Shown here: piece by piece, positions 17,762 through 33,709 of the stretch
Position numbering within the stretch: the first letter of the stretch is position 1
How the letters are laid out: the number at the start of each line of letters is the position of its first letter
DNA from: Phaeosaccion multiseriatum
Lineage: Eukaryota; Protista; Ochrophyta, other classes
Length of the DNA stretch: 64,000 nucleotides
Direction of reading: 5' to 3'
Assembly: GCA_965112735.1 (NCBI GenBank)
Contig: OZ218954.1
Span: 1,736,001-1,800,000, forward strand
The notes under the pieces: generated by a model
Databases searched by the model: none
What the model was told of the DNA's origin: nothing
The model's input: only the letters and a program-made list of their open reading frames with translations
Translations under genes and position numbers: made by a program

Positions 17762-18828
17762 TGAGATGATGAAGGGGGCGCTGCGGTGCCTCGATGGAAG
17801 AGGACGAAGACAATCGGCGTCACTAATGAGAGGGGGGAGGCGAGCGGTGCCCCCGCAGCAGCACGCACGAAGGCCTCAGGATTGTCGGTAGCAGCCCCAG
17901 CCGAGCAGTAAGCAAAGCGGAGGAATACCGAGCAAGGAGAAGGAGAAGGCGCAGCAGCAGCAGCAGCAACGAGCCGACCCATACAGTCGAGACCGGCACG
18001 GACCGAAAGAAAGTCCTCCGTCACTGCTTTGTGGGCCTACCGGATGAGTTTGCCGAGGAGAGGCGCTGGTCAGTCTACCTGTGCACGCTTTCTTCGTGTC
18101 GAGGCTTGTCCCTCTGTCCGTTACTATCCCGTGAGCTGTCCTTCCTTGTTGCAGAGGCCGGGCGTGTCGGACTCTCGTTGGGAGTCCGTGAGTGAAAGCG
18201 ACTTGCGATAGTGCTGGGCAAGTGCTGGACAAGTGCTGGGCAAGTGCTGGGCAATCACTCCCTCCCCATGTATCCTGAGTACCACGGCATTGCTGCAGCG
18301 CACGCCCGAGAGGTCAGCTGCTTGCCAAACAGACAACCAGGACACACAGGCAATATATTCTACTCCTTGAAGGGAAGGGAGCGAGTGAGAGAGTGTGTGT
18401 GAGCGAGCAATCGATATCACTCAGCTGGAAGGCTGAGGCTATCGGTTATCTCTTTATTATCGTTTGAGATATGACCCATTGCTTTATATCGTTCTAAAAT
18501 ACACCACCCGTCCACTACCCAATGTACCTTCTTGCACAAGCTACAGCCTTGACTCCCATCGCTGGTCCCTGACTTGTCTTTGAGAGAGTATTCCTGCTAC
18601 CATCCCCACTACAAGGAGCATTCCTGCACCGTAAGAAATGCCGTGAGCTGCGTGCTGCCCCCCCTCGCAGTCGTCACCCGCACGATGGGTGGGACTCGCT
18701 CGCTCCTCGCTCTCTCGAAAAGAGCCAAAGCCATCATCAGCCCAACCCCACCCCACTACCGGATACCCTTCACGACCCCTATTCACACTCCTAACCCCCC
18801 CCCCCCCCCCCCCATTTTTCTACATCCA

Positions 18829-20550
18829 CTACTCTTCCTCCCGCGTCGCCACCCCTTCGCCCTCTTTCCTGCCCTCCTCTGTTCCCGCAGGTGGCCATGT
18901 TCCGATCTGCCGCAGACGCTGCTTGATCGTCTGCGGGCCGAGGAGGGCTCTTCTCATCATCCCCTCATACAGTTCCTCTCTCGTCACTCCATTGCAGCTG
19001 TCGTTCTTGTCGCACTCGTCGAAAATGGCATCCAAAGCGGCTCGAAACTGTGGCTTGAGTGTGAGTCCCAGGCGAAGAGGGTACATCACCTCCACCCCGC
19101 CGGACGACCAGGTGGCGGAGGAGGAGGAGGAGGAGGAGGAGGAGGAGGAGGAGGAGGAGGAGTGTACCCACGAAGACGGAGGCAGGCCTGTCAAGACCGT
19201 GTCCCACTCCAGCAACTTCCTATCCGGGCTGATGAGCAGCCCCGGCACTCCAAGCCTCTGAAGGGTGGTGCCCAGGAAGGCCTGGAGGGTGAAAGTCGAC
19301 TTGGACAGAAAGTCCCCCACATTCCTTTGTAGAAGGTAGTAAGGAAGCAAGAGGTACTTGTCGCCCAGCCACCGTTGCAGCCACTCTGCCAGCTTGTCTC
19401 CCGTGTCTGGACCGGCCCCAGGGTGGTCAAACAGCGCAGCTTCCAGTGTCTTGTCGACAGCGATGAAGTTGTGAAGCATGTGCAGGAGTATGGGCACAGC
19501 AAGTCGCCCCGTGAGGTGGTAGGAAGCGCAGAGCACTGTTGACATGAAGCCGAAACCGACCATCTGCCTGGAATACTGAGCGATTCATGACGAGTGCGGT
19601 GTTGACGACACAAGCGAGGTGGAGGAAGTGGTATGCACTCATGAGATCGAGAGGACTTGAGTAGAGACTGGCTCGAAGAGGCGGGAAGAGAGGCTCTAGT
19701 GCAGGGGCGAAGAGCAAGAACACAACCATACACACAGCCGCCCTTGGGCAAAGATATGCTTGATGAAGCGGCCCCAAGGTGTTCCTTCCCTCCCCCCCTT
19801 CCGAATAGCAGCCAAACTTACCTCTTCAGCATCTTGCAAATACCCAGTCTTCAAATGCTTCATCGTGAATGAAAGAGAGGTCCACACATAGGCCGCCACT
19901 GGGCCCACGAAGCGCAGCAATCGACCGAAGATGAGGCCGCGGAAGACCACTTCTTCAGTGACGGGCATGACCAAGCCCTTCGCCGCGACGAAGGCTGCGA
20001 GTTCAACGTTGCTCACGTCCTCAGCTTCGCCCAACAGCGCACGTAAAGCGTGGAGGCGAAGCCCAGCGACCTCCTTCTTGTCGACGAGGATGCTGACAAG
20101 GAGGAGGTCGCTGAAACTTCCCCCCTTCTGCTGCTGAACATTCGCGTCTCCCGGCTCTGAACATTCCATTCCCGCCTTCTGCTGCTGTTCCTTCTGCTCC
20201 ATACCTTCCCTGTCCTTGCGAAGGGCGAGGGAGCGGGTTGCCGCGCTACAGACGAAGCTGCTACAGAGCAACAGCCCAGCGAGCCCCCCCAGAACTTTTC
20301 CCAAGGGCGCGGGAACACGATTCATCAAGCCCGTGCCTAGTCCCACCGCGCGTAACCTCTCCTCCAGGTGTGCCCGCTGCCCTGGGCGCTTCCTCAGCTC
20401 CTTGAGCGTCGATGAGTCAGACCACTTATAGAACCTATGAAGACAAATGGGCAAAACCATTGTCGTCCACATACAGTCCCATCTTGGGAGCCTGTGGTTC
20501 CTATCCCCGCAGAACGTTTGCAGCAGGATAACGTCCTCCTCTGTCTCCAT
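18829..20550 (-). CDS. CPBP (Abi/Rce1-like, type II CAAX) intramembrane glutamic protease, 2 or more exons
   Basis: Motifs EEVVFRG (EExxxR), FTMKH (FxxxH), HMLHN (HxxxN); donor GTAAGT near 19821 and acceptor ctcag at 19576 join in frame. Ends uncertain. Confidence 0.8.
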
Positions 20551-21141
20551 GTTGTCCCTTCTTTAGGGGCTTTATAATGCTTTACTTTTGCTGGCGCATT
20601 TTTATACCGTCGACCGCCGGCCCGGAAAAGGGAGAAGAAAAAGAAATTTGGAATTTTTTGGCAAAGGCGGGAAGAGCAAAATCGCCGACGAGGCAGGCAA
20701 TCGGAGGGCAGGGGCGGAGGGCAGAGGGGCGGGCGGGGAGAGGGGCAGGTCAGGAAAGAGGAGAAGACAAAGGCATAGATGGCGATGGCGGGAACAAGGA
20801 GGCGAGCAGAGGTTAGGACAGGAAGGCGCGCGAGTGCAAGCAACCGCAACGAAGTTATCTCCGCCCACTCACCTACAACGATTGTTGTACAGTCACAGCC
20901 CGGCAGGGCTGAGCCCGGGAGGGCTGAGCCCTGCAGGGCTGACTGCTTCCCCGGCTTGACGCCCCAGCTGTTGTTGATTCGTTGCCCGCCCGAGCACATG
21001 ATGATGAGTGAGGACAAGTAAGCAAGCCAGGGAAACTCAGGGGCTGTTTCTTGTTCAGGCAGCAAGCAAGCAAGTAGGCAACACCAATGGCTGGACAGGC
21101 AGATGAGCGAGACGCAGGCAGGGGCGCAATCAGCAACTTAC

Positions 21142-21388
21142 TGGGAAGATGTTGTGGGTGGCGTGGCCTTGGAGTTGGCCATGCCTTTGAGAAGTCGTAC
21201 AGCCCGAACAGAGTGATTGTTCGGGCCGCACAAGGGTCGCGCAACAGCGTGGCCTTGCAGGTGGGGCAAGTCCACACCTTCTTGGCCCCCACGCACTCGT
21301 TGAATGCACCACAGGCGGTGCATGTCTTGGTGGTGAAGGCCTCGCTGGGCTCAAGCAGCACTAGTGAGCAGGAGGGAGAGGCGATAAC
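21142..21388 (-). pseudogene. Fanzor/TnpB-family RNA-guided nuclease C-terminal fragment (RuvC-II Glu, Zn ribbon, RuvC-III Asp), exon-like remnant
   Basis: VLLEPSEAFTTKTCTACGAFNECVGAKKVWTCPTCKATLLRDPCAARTI matches the family pattern ExxTSKTCxxCG...CxxC...DRDxNAAxNI; bounded by pyrimidine tract + CAG upstream and GTAAGT downstream; no upstream RuvC-I/WED coding sequence found. Confidence 0.8.
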
Positions 21389-22013
21389 CTGAGCGAGAGG
21401 AGTTCGGGCAGCCAAAGAAGGAAGTCAATGAGAGGAATTGTTAGCTCAGCCACACGAGGGTTGCTGATGGGGACGGAGGTGTCTCAGTCTCAGCGTGGGA
21501 GGATGGACCTGAAATACAAGAAGAGACTCCTAAATAGGAGAGAGGAGGCTTTTGTTGTGAAAGCTGCGCAAGGCCACACTCTCGATTACTTACATAACAC
21601 CATACGTGAGAGGCGCGGATTCCGTCTCTCACCGGTGGGGGGGGGGGGAGGGCAGAGCGACTAATGTGAAAATGAATGCTACAGGCCCTGCCCGGGCCGG
21701 ACATGGACATGCTTACATGTGCATACATAAAAAGCGCCACATAAAAAGCCCCCCCCCCCCCGCCCTTGCCCCTGCCCCCCTGCCTGCCCACTCAGGCCGC
21801 TGATGCCTTACCCCGCTCTTGCTCCACACCCCCCCCCCCCCCCCCCCCCCCCGCTTGCTATACGCTTGCCCTACGCTCCTCCTCCTCTCATCCCCCCTCC
21901 CACCTCTCCTCCACCCCCCCCACCCCCCCCCACACACACAGCCTGCAAATGGACCACCTCGCCTGGACGAGAGCTTCCCGCCCCAACCAATGATAGTCGA
22001 GCTTCCCCTCCCC

Positions 22014-23463
22014 CTATGCGACAGCGTTGTGCAGGCTCTCACAGATGGAGCTGGAGCTACTGTGCTGCATGCTGCTCCCTAACATGCCTGATCCTCCAAA
22101 GCTGCTGAAGGTCCCACTGCCATTGAGACCGCTGCTCTCCCGGGCAAGCTTGGCGTTCTCGCTTCGCATTCCGTAGAGCTTCTCGAGATATTCATCCGTG
22201 ATGTCGCCAGTCACATACCTCCCGCTGGGCGGGCGTCGGAGACGGGTCACACAAAGCCGGAAAAAGGGTGCGAGGCAAACAGGGGGAATCACAGACACAC
22301 ACACACACACGCACGCACATAGAAAGAGGGGGAGGGGGAGGGAGGGAGGGAGAGAGAGAGTAAGCACCTCACCCCATCCCCCGGCGCTGGTCATGGCATC
22401 GTTCGCCCCACTTCCCCGCCCCCCCTCCCAGTCCACCACCCCACGCCGCTACCATCGTTCGCCCCTCCTCCCCTCCCCCCTTCCTGACACCTCGTACCTG
22501 AAGCAAGACGAGTCGAACCTCTGAATGTCGGGGTTGAGACGTGTGATGCAAGCCTCGAGGTCCTCGAGGTCTTGATAGATGACCCAATCCGCACCCATCT
22601 TCTCCGCCACCTGTGAGGTCCGGGCAGGGGCAGAGTGGAGCAAAGGGGGGCAACAGCAAGGCCCCGCAGGCGGGCAAGGGGGCAGTGGCATAAGGAACAA
22701 AACACACGAGCACGAGAAAGAGGAAATAACGAACATCAAAAGGGGTTTGCTGTGTCAGAGAGGAAACACACACAAACGTCGCATCGTGTGTCAGCACCCT
22801 GCAGTGCCCCAAGGCTTCACAGAGGAGGAGGGCTATAAACCTCTGTCACCCCCGTACACACGCGTGATGCGCTAACCTGCTCTTCTGTCCGCTCAAAGGC
22901 GATGAGCTCCTGCCTCGTGGGGATGTCGATGCCGTACACATTGGGATAGCGCACCGGAGGGGCGGCAGACACAAAGTAGACCTACAAATACACCACACAT
23001 AGGAGAAGAAAGGGCAAGAGCAGCACACAAATCAGTTTTGAGAGAAGGAATAAGAGCAGGACAAGTGAGTCAAGTGGTAAGGTAAGTGGGTACAGGACAG
23101 CTCAGCTCGGGGCGGGGAGGCCTTGCCTCCGGCGGCGGCTGCCGACCCAGAGAAGGTTCTCAGGCGCGGTGCGTGGGAGCGTGAGAGGTGCAAACGTCCC
23201 GTGAGGGAGAGCGAAGGAAGGGAGTACACGGGGCGGAAGACACGACCACGCCGCGCGGGGAGGCTTATTGCAGTGGGCGCTTTTGGGATGGAAAAGGAAG
23301 CGAATGGATTGGAAAGTGCTTCGGCGAGCAAGGGAGTACGGGCACGCACGAGGTGCTGACGCACTAACCTTCTTCGCTCCTGCGTCCCTCGCCATTTGCA
23401 CCAGCTCCATGCTCGTCGTGCCACGAACAATAGAGTCGTCGACGAGCAGCACCACCTTGCGGC

Positions 23464-23505
<42 letters not shown>

Positions 23506-24124
23506 GAGAGAGAGAGAGAGAGGGCACAGTCTGCAGTCAAGCGGGAGGCACTGAAAGCGCCCACACAACGACGTGGCAGTGGGGTAGACCCGATCATTCC
23601 GTGGCTCACAGACAATAACATCATTCCGTGGCTCACAGACACAATATGATTCATTCCGTCTGGTGCAGACTTCGAGAAACACAGGTAGCATGACATGTTT
23701 GACCCACAGACAGTGCCGGTCTTTCAACAACCCCCCCCCCCCGTATCCCTTGAATGCCCCGCCGCGCCAACACACCGCACCTTGTCCTTAAATTCGCTTC
23801 GGATGGTGTTGAGCTTCAGCCGTACCGTCTTCTTGCGTGTTTCCTGGCAGAGTCAAGAGAGAAAGGGAGAGGGAGAGGGAGAGAGAGAGAGAGAGGGAGA
23901 GAGAGAGGGAGAGACGGACAGTGAGAGAGAGAGAAAGGGAGAGGGAGAGGGAGAGAGAGAGGGAGAGACGGACAGTGAGAGAGAGAGGGGCAGAGAGAGA
24001 GTGAGAGAGAAACAGGGGGAGAGTGGGTGGGGCGAGGATAGGGAGGGTTTTATAAAGGGGGCAAGCATGACAGCAATACGCACAGGGATGCAGCAACGAG
24101 GGTTGCTGCAGATAGACGGAAGGG

Positions 24125-24176
<52 letters not shown>

Positions 24177-25730
24177 GCCCGGGCATGATGAAGGTCCTGG
24201 CGATGTAGCGATTCTTGATGAACCCTTCCCGGAAGGGCCTATCCAAGGTGTATGCCTGGCATCCCACGCCCACAGTGCGTTTGTGTGAGTGTGAGTGTGA
24301 GTGTGAGTGTGAGTGTGTTGTGATACCATGCCCGCAGTGCGATTGTGTGAGTGTGAGTGTGTTGTGCGTGTGCGTGTGCGTTTGCGGTGTCGGATGTGCA
24401 CCGGGAGGGGAAGCAAAAGCGTGACAAAGCACGTGGGACAGCAGGGGACAGGGGAAAAAAAGAGGCTTGCAGCGCTGCCACAGACGGACGACCAAAAGGA
24501 ATGTCGGAGCGCTCACTGACAGGTAACGAGCGTCGAGCGTGCCTTCTCCATGAGGTATCAGGTATCAGGTATCAGGTATCAGGTATCAGCTTCTCATGGA
24601 CCACCCTCAACACCCCCCACACATCAGCCCCATTCTATACGCCCTCGACCTTCTCCTTGTACCTTACGTACACGCCACGCACGCCCCTCCCAATTGCGAT
24701 GGCACCCAATGGCATCCAACTCACCGTCTGGAGGGCAGCTGTCCGGCTGGTGTCTGGCACCGGGATGACCACATCAATGTCATGGTCAGGCCGTTTCTGG
24801 CACGCAAACAGTGTTATGTGTACGTACAAGAGAGTGAAAAAAGGTGGGAAGCAAAATGAAGGGGGGCGCCTGGTTAGGGAGAGAACACACAAGCACACAC
24901 ATCAACACAGAAGAAACAACAACTAATGACGAAAATAAAGAGGCCGTGCTCCAACCACCACTGCAACCTCGCTTCGGTTTCGATTATCACCACTCGCAAG
25001 AAGACGCCGCTGCTGTAGACAGCGAGGAAGACAGGCTGCGCAGGATGGGGTGACTCGCTGCCTTAACCCTACGCGCTGTCTTCCTTTGAGCCCTCTACTC
25101 CATTCCAACACAACAAAGCTACCCCACACAACCCCATCTCCAAGCCCCAGGGGCCCATCCGTACCTATCGGTCGCTTGCAATCATACATACACACACACA
25201 TATTAGGAGAGCCAAAGGCCCCAAGGATGGGTGGAACATCGCCAGTCATTATCAAAGTCACACACAACCCCCACACAGGCCTTGGGCGGCAGTGGCCTCA
25301 CGTAAGTCTTACGTAAGTCTTACGTACCCTCATGATCTTCTTGGCCAGCGCCTCCCCCATGTTGAGCCTCGACTCGTAGACGACCACCCCGTCCAGCACT
25401 GAGTCGGGCCGTGCGAAGTACACGTACTCGAACAGGCAAGGGGCCAGAGAGGGCTCGCATACCTACAGAGGGTCCGGGGGCAGAAACAGGCTCAGGGTCA
25501 GGGTTAGTCGAGGGGAGAGCAGGGGGACGGAAACACTCAGGTTAGGTTGGTAGGTGCCTTAAGATGCCTTCCCTTCCCACCTGCTCGCTGTAGAAGTTGC
25601 CTGCCACGTCTATGAAAATGGCCTCCCCCGGCCTCAGGTCCCGCTCATGTTGAAAGAGCAGCGTGTCCATCGCTGCACTCTCGCTGGCCACCACCCAGTC
25701 CTTGGCGTCTGAACATTCAATCCGTTCAGA

Positions 25731-25761
<31 letters not shown>

Positions 25762-27576
25762 CAAGTTTGGCGGGGAGAGAAAAGCACGAGACCAAGAGGC
25801 AAGAGACGGGCCAAGGAGTCAGAAGATGGAAGTTGCCGCTTTCTATAACATAACATAACATAACATAACATAACATAACATAACACTGTGGCTCTGTTGC
25901 ATGTGCAAGCCCTGTTGCTTTCTTCATTCGCCTCAATGTCATGGGCGCTTGAGGTGGTGGAAAAGAAGGGCTCTCGTAGGGAGAGCACAGCGGCACCGAC
26001 TATCTGGTCTGGGCCTCGGCGTGTGGAGACTCACCCGTCATGGTCAGACTCTCACGACTGCCGATGCTGAGCGGCCGAATCCCATTCCTATCGCGGAAAG
26101 CGAATACTCCCTGGCATACCAAATCGAGCGAGCGGCAGACAAAAGAGGTACGCGGCTCTGTGGAGTGAGTTTGGATCAGGGACAGAGGATAGATAGACAC
26201 GACAAGGTCCAACACTCTGGCTCGTTCCTATCCCCACGGGAGCAGCGGACCCCGCTGTGGTACCTGCCGCTCTTAACCGACATGAACATAAGACGGCTTT
26301 GGGCATCAACCGAGCCCCACCCAACTTGCAAACATCGCCTCTTTCACCTTGATCTGCACTCCAGCATCACGATGTTCACTTGTGTCCATCTCTTGCCTCA
26401 ATTCCACCTACCTTGCCGTTGATCATGCCCAGCACCGCGAAGCCCCCCGTGCAGCGGGTCATCACTTGGCGCGCTGCGGTAAACACGTGGGAAGGCCTCA
26501 TCTGACTGGTGGGGTGCTGGAAAAAGGTTGTGGGCTCGGAGCCCTAGGTGTATGTATGGAGAAGCAAACAAACAAACAAGGCAAGGCAAGGCAAGGCAAA
26601 GAGAAAACAGACACCAACAGACACCACGGGAAGACGGGAAGGACACAGGGGAGGGAGGGGCGCAGTGGAGGAGGGAATGAGGGCCAAGCGAGAGAGACAC
26701 ACACAGGGCATCTACCGCCGACTCCGACTCACTCGGGGCCTCGGGGGGGAGGGCACCGAGGGCACCGGTGCCAAGACGACCAAGAGGAAGCTGGCTGCAG
26801 TGAGAAGAGAAGGATGATGGACAAGGCGCATCTCCATAAGGGAGGCATTCGCCCTGCGGTTGGCCATGTTCCCTCCCACCGCCCACATGACCCACGTCAC
26901 AGGCACCCTCTCTGACCCTCTCTGTAGACTCACCTTGGGCGACGCCGAGCAGGCCACGTTTAGCTCCTCCGCGAACACATTCAGCATGAGCTCGCTATCG
27001 CTGTCTGTGGGGCGTGAAGGGAAGGGCGAGGGCGGGCAAAGGTAAGGATGGTGAGGAGAGCGACGGTACATGGGGGTGAGACAGGACAAGGCTAGAAGCA
27101 AAGAAGCATGTCTTTTGCTTCTCTTCTCTCAGAAGCAAAGAAGCGTGTCTTTTGCTTCTCTTCTCTCAGAAGCAAAGAAGCATGTCTTTTTCCTTCTCTT
27201 CTCTCAGAAGCAAAGAAGCAGGTATTTTGCTTCTCTTCTCTCAGAAGCAAAGAAGCATGTCGTTTGCTTCTCTTCTCTCAGAAGCAAAGAAGCATGTCTT
27301 TTGCTTCTCTCCTCTCGGTCATTTCCCTTCTCTTCTCTCAGAAGCAAAGAAGCATGTCTTTTTCCTTCTCTTCTCTCAGAAGCAAAGAAGCATGTCTTTT
27401 GCTTCTCTTCTCTCAGAAGCAAAGAAGCATGTCTTTTTGCTTCTCTTCTCTGGCCGCCCCTCCCTCGCTCCCTCGCTCACCGGTGTTGATGTGTCTGCAC
27501 TCGCTGTAGATGGAGTCTCGCAGCTCGTCGGCGTTGGTCAAGTTGCCGTTGTGAGCGATGCACACGCCTGCCACCA

Positions 27577-27609
<33 letters not shown>

Positions 27610-28714
27610 GAGAGAGAGCGAGACGGGGAGAGAAGGGTTCCGCAGGTGAGGCCCTACTCTCTGGCCGAGGTGTGAATTCTCACCCCTCCACGGCCCACGC
27701 CACTTCTCTTTCGTCCCCTTCGCCACGCCTCACCGAAGGGGAAGTTTGTGTACATGGGCTGTGCCTCCGCGGAAGAGGAGGAGCCTGCCGTCGGGTATCT
27801 ACAGTGGGCCACACCCATGGACCCGATGAGGGAGGGCATGTGTTGCTGCTGGAACACGTCCTGTACCAGGGAACAAGGAGGGGGGGGGGACGCAGAGACG
27901 GAGAGGAGGGAAACAGGTCGGGGTCTAGAGCGCCGGGACGGAGGCTGCAGGGTCGTCGAGAGTGAGGAGCTAGCCTTGATGTATGTACAGCCTGGCGGCG
28001 ATCTCTCTTGGCAGGGCTAGGGGAGATGGAACATATACACGCTGCCCCACCCACCTTGACGAGGCCGTTGTCTTTGCGCATGTGCAGACGCCTCCCGTCC
28101 GACGTGATCATCCCCGCGGCATCTGTAGAAGGAAGCAGACGCAACACCAACACCAACGACAACAAGCACCGAATGAAATGGCGGGAAGACCAGAGAAGAG
28201 AGAGAGAGGGAGATCGCAGACACTGTCCTCCTCCCTGGGGGAGGGGGGGAGGGGCTTCTGTGCACTGTGCACATACAAATCGCCCGAGCCTCTTGCTTTC
28301 GCCAACTGAATTTGCGTACCTTGTCCTCTGTGCTGCAGCATGGTTAGCCCTGCATCCCGCCACATTTATCGCGAATGGGATAAAGAAGAGGGGCGGGCAG
28401 GAAAAGAGGAGGCAGGGAAACAAGGGGAACAAACACGTAAATGCGAGAGAGAGCGGACGAGTGGACCAACATCAGACCAAAACGAGTACGTGGGACCCGG
28501 CGCCAATCCATTCTTTCATCGCGGAGGGTGCGAGCGAACGCACAAAGCAAGACGCAACCGCAAAACCCCAGAAGAAAGCAGCACCATGAGGAGTAGCCGC
28601 TTTGGAGTATAGGGGAGGACCAACCGAGGCCAGCCAGCGCAGCTCACCATCGAACAGCATCTGGTTCACGTGGCGTTCCTGGTCCCCGAGCAGGATGGCG
28701 ATGGTGCCGCACAT
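22014..28714 (-). CDS. purF: Amidophosphoribosyltransferase (glutamine PRPP amidotransferase), ~17 exons
   Basis: N-terminal MCG (catalytic Cys), LQHRGQ|[79 protein letters not shown]. Confidence 0.96.
27094..27451. repeat. 37-38-bp tandem minisatellite (9 units) with internal palindrome, in purF intron
   Basis: Unit AGAAGCAAAGAAGCATGTCTTTTGCTTCTCTTCTCTC; AGAAGCAAA pairs with TTTGCTTCT. Confidence 0.95.
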
Positions 28715-29687
28715 GGCTGCCGCTCGGGCCTCAACGTAGAAAAGCTTCTCGGAGCCTCAGCCACTCCTTAGACCTGAGCAGAACTAGGAGGAAGAGGAAG
28801 AGAGGAAGGGGAAGAGAGGGGGAAAATAAATATTCTCCGAGAGTGGGGCCAAGCCTGGCGCTGCTTCCCTACCTTTCTTCGTCTTCTCCTACTCTGTTGG
28901 TCTTCTCAACTCCAGCAGAGTTGCATCAATACCAAAGGAGAGACGACAAGGTGCGGAAATGGCTGCAAAATGGTTTCAATCTAGATATGCGGCGAGAGGC
29001 TTGCCGAAGAGAGGACAGAGCACACTTTAAATTTAATAATTTACAAGCATATGGGCCTGCCCGGGGGGGAAGATAGCCTGTATGTGCAACACCAGAGGCT
29101 CTTTGTGTGTGACTGTAATCAAGACCCTACGCTGACAGGAGTGTTCCTGCTGCTGCCGCTGCGTTAGGTGAGTGCTTTGCACGTGGAGTGTGCGCTGGCT
29201 CCTCGTGGCGGCGGCTCCTAAGCCACGTACGCGTTCTGCGGCTGCGCGCTCATGAGGGCTCCCCCTTTTATCCTGTGTGACTGCTGCCGGCCTCAGTCTG
29301 AACTTGAGGGTGCTGCCGCAGCTTCCCTGGTCCTGCAGTTGTCTGCTGTTGAGGGTGGCACGGATCTTTGAGCAAAAGGCTCTCCCTTGGCCCTTCAAGA
29401 TGAGGGTGTGGCATGGTTCATGTCTCAGCCTGCCTGCCTGCGTGCGTGTTGTTTGTTTGTGCAATTTAGTTCCTCTGGCTGATCGGCTGTCAACTGATGA
29501 TGTCTGCCTTGTGTTGGCGAGTTGCACAATTGGACAAGGAGCAGCAACGCTGAGCTCTCTCCGCCCGCTCTGAACTTCCTTCCTGCTCCCCCTTCGTTTC
29601 CTCGTGGTCCATCGCTTTGCGTGCCTTTGAAGAAGTTGTCGACTTGGCCAACGTGCAGCAGAAAAGAGAGTATCAGGAATAGTAGCC

Positions 29688-33709
<4,022 letters not shown>

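Noticed and set aside
21428-21664. Plus-strand ORF with VKAAQGHT resembling the Tpt1/KptA RAxQGHS motif
   Set aside because: Only one short motif; no HGT or other family motifs and no supporting exons. Likely chance.
20575-21752. Loose inverted similarity (GGGGCTTT...TGGCGC.TTTTTAT) bracketing the Fanzor fragment as possible TIRs
   Set aside because: Short, gapped, AT-run driven and without a TSD; the right copy may simply be purF 3'-end signals.
27094-27451. CRISPR-like array (37-bp palindromic repeats)
   Set aside because: Units are directly adjacent with no unique spacers, lie in a eukaryotic intron, and no cas genes are present.
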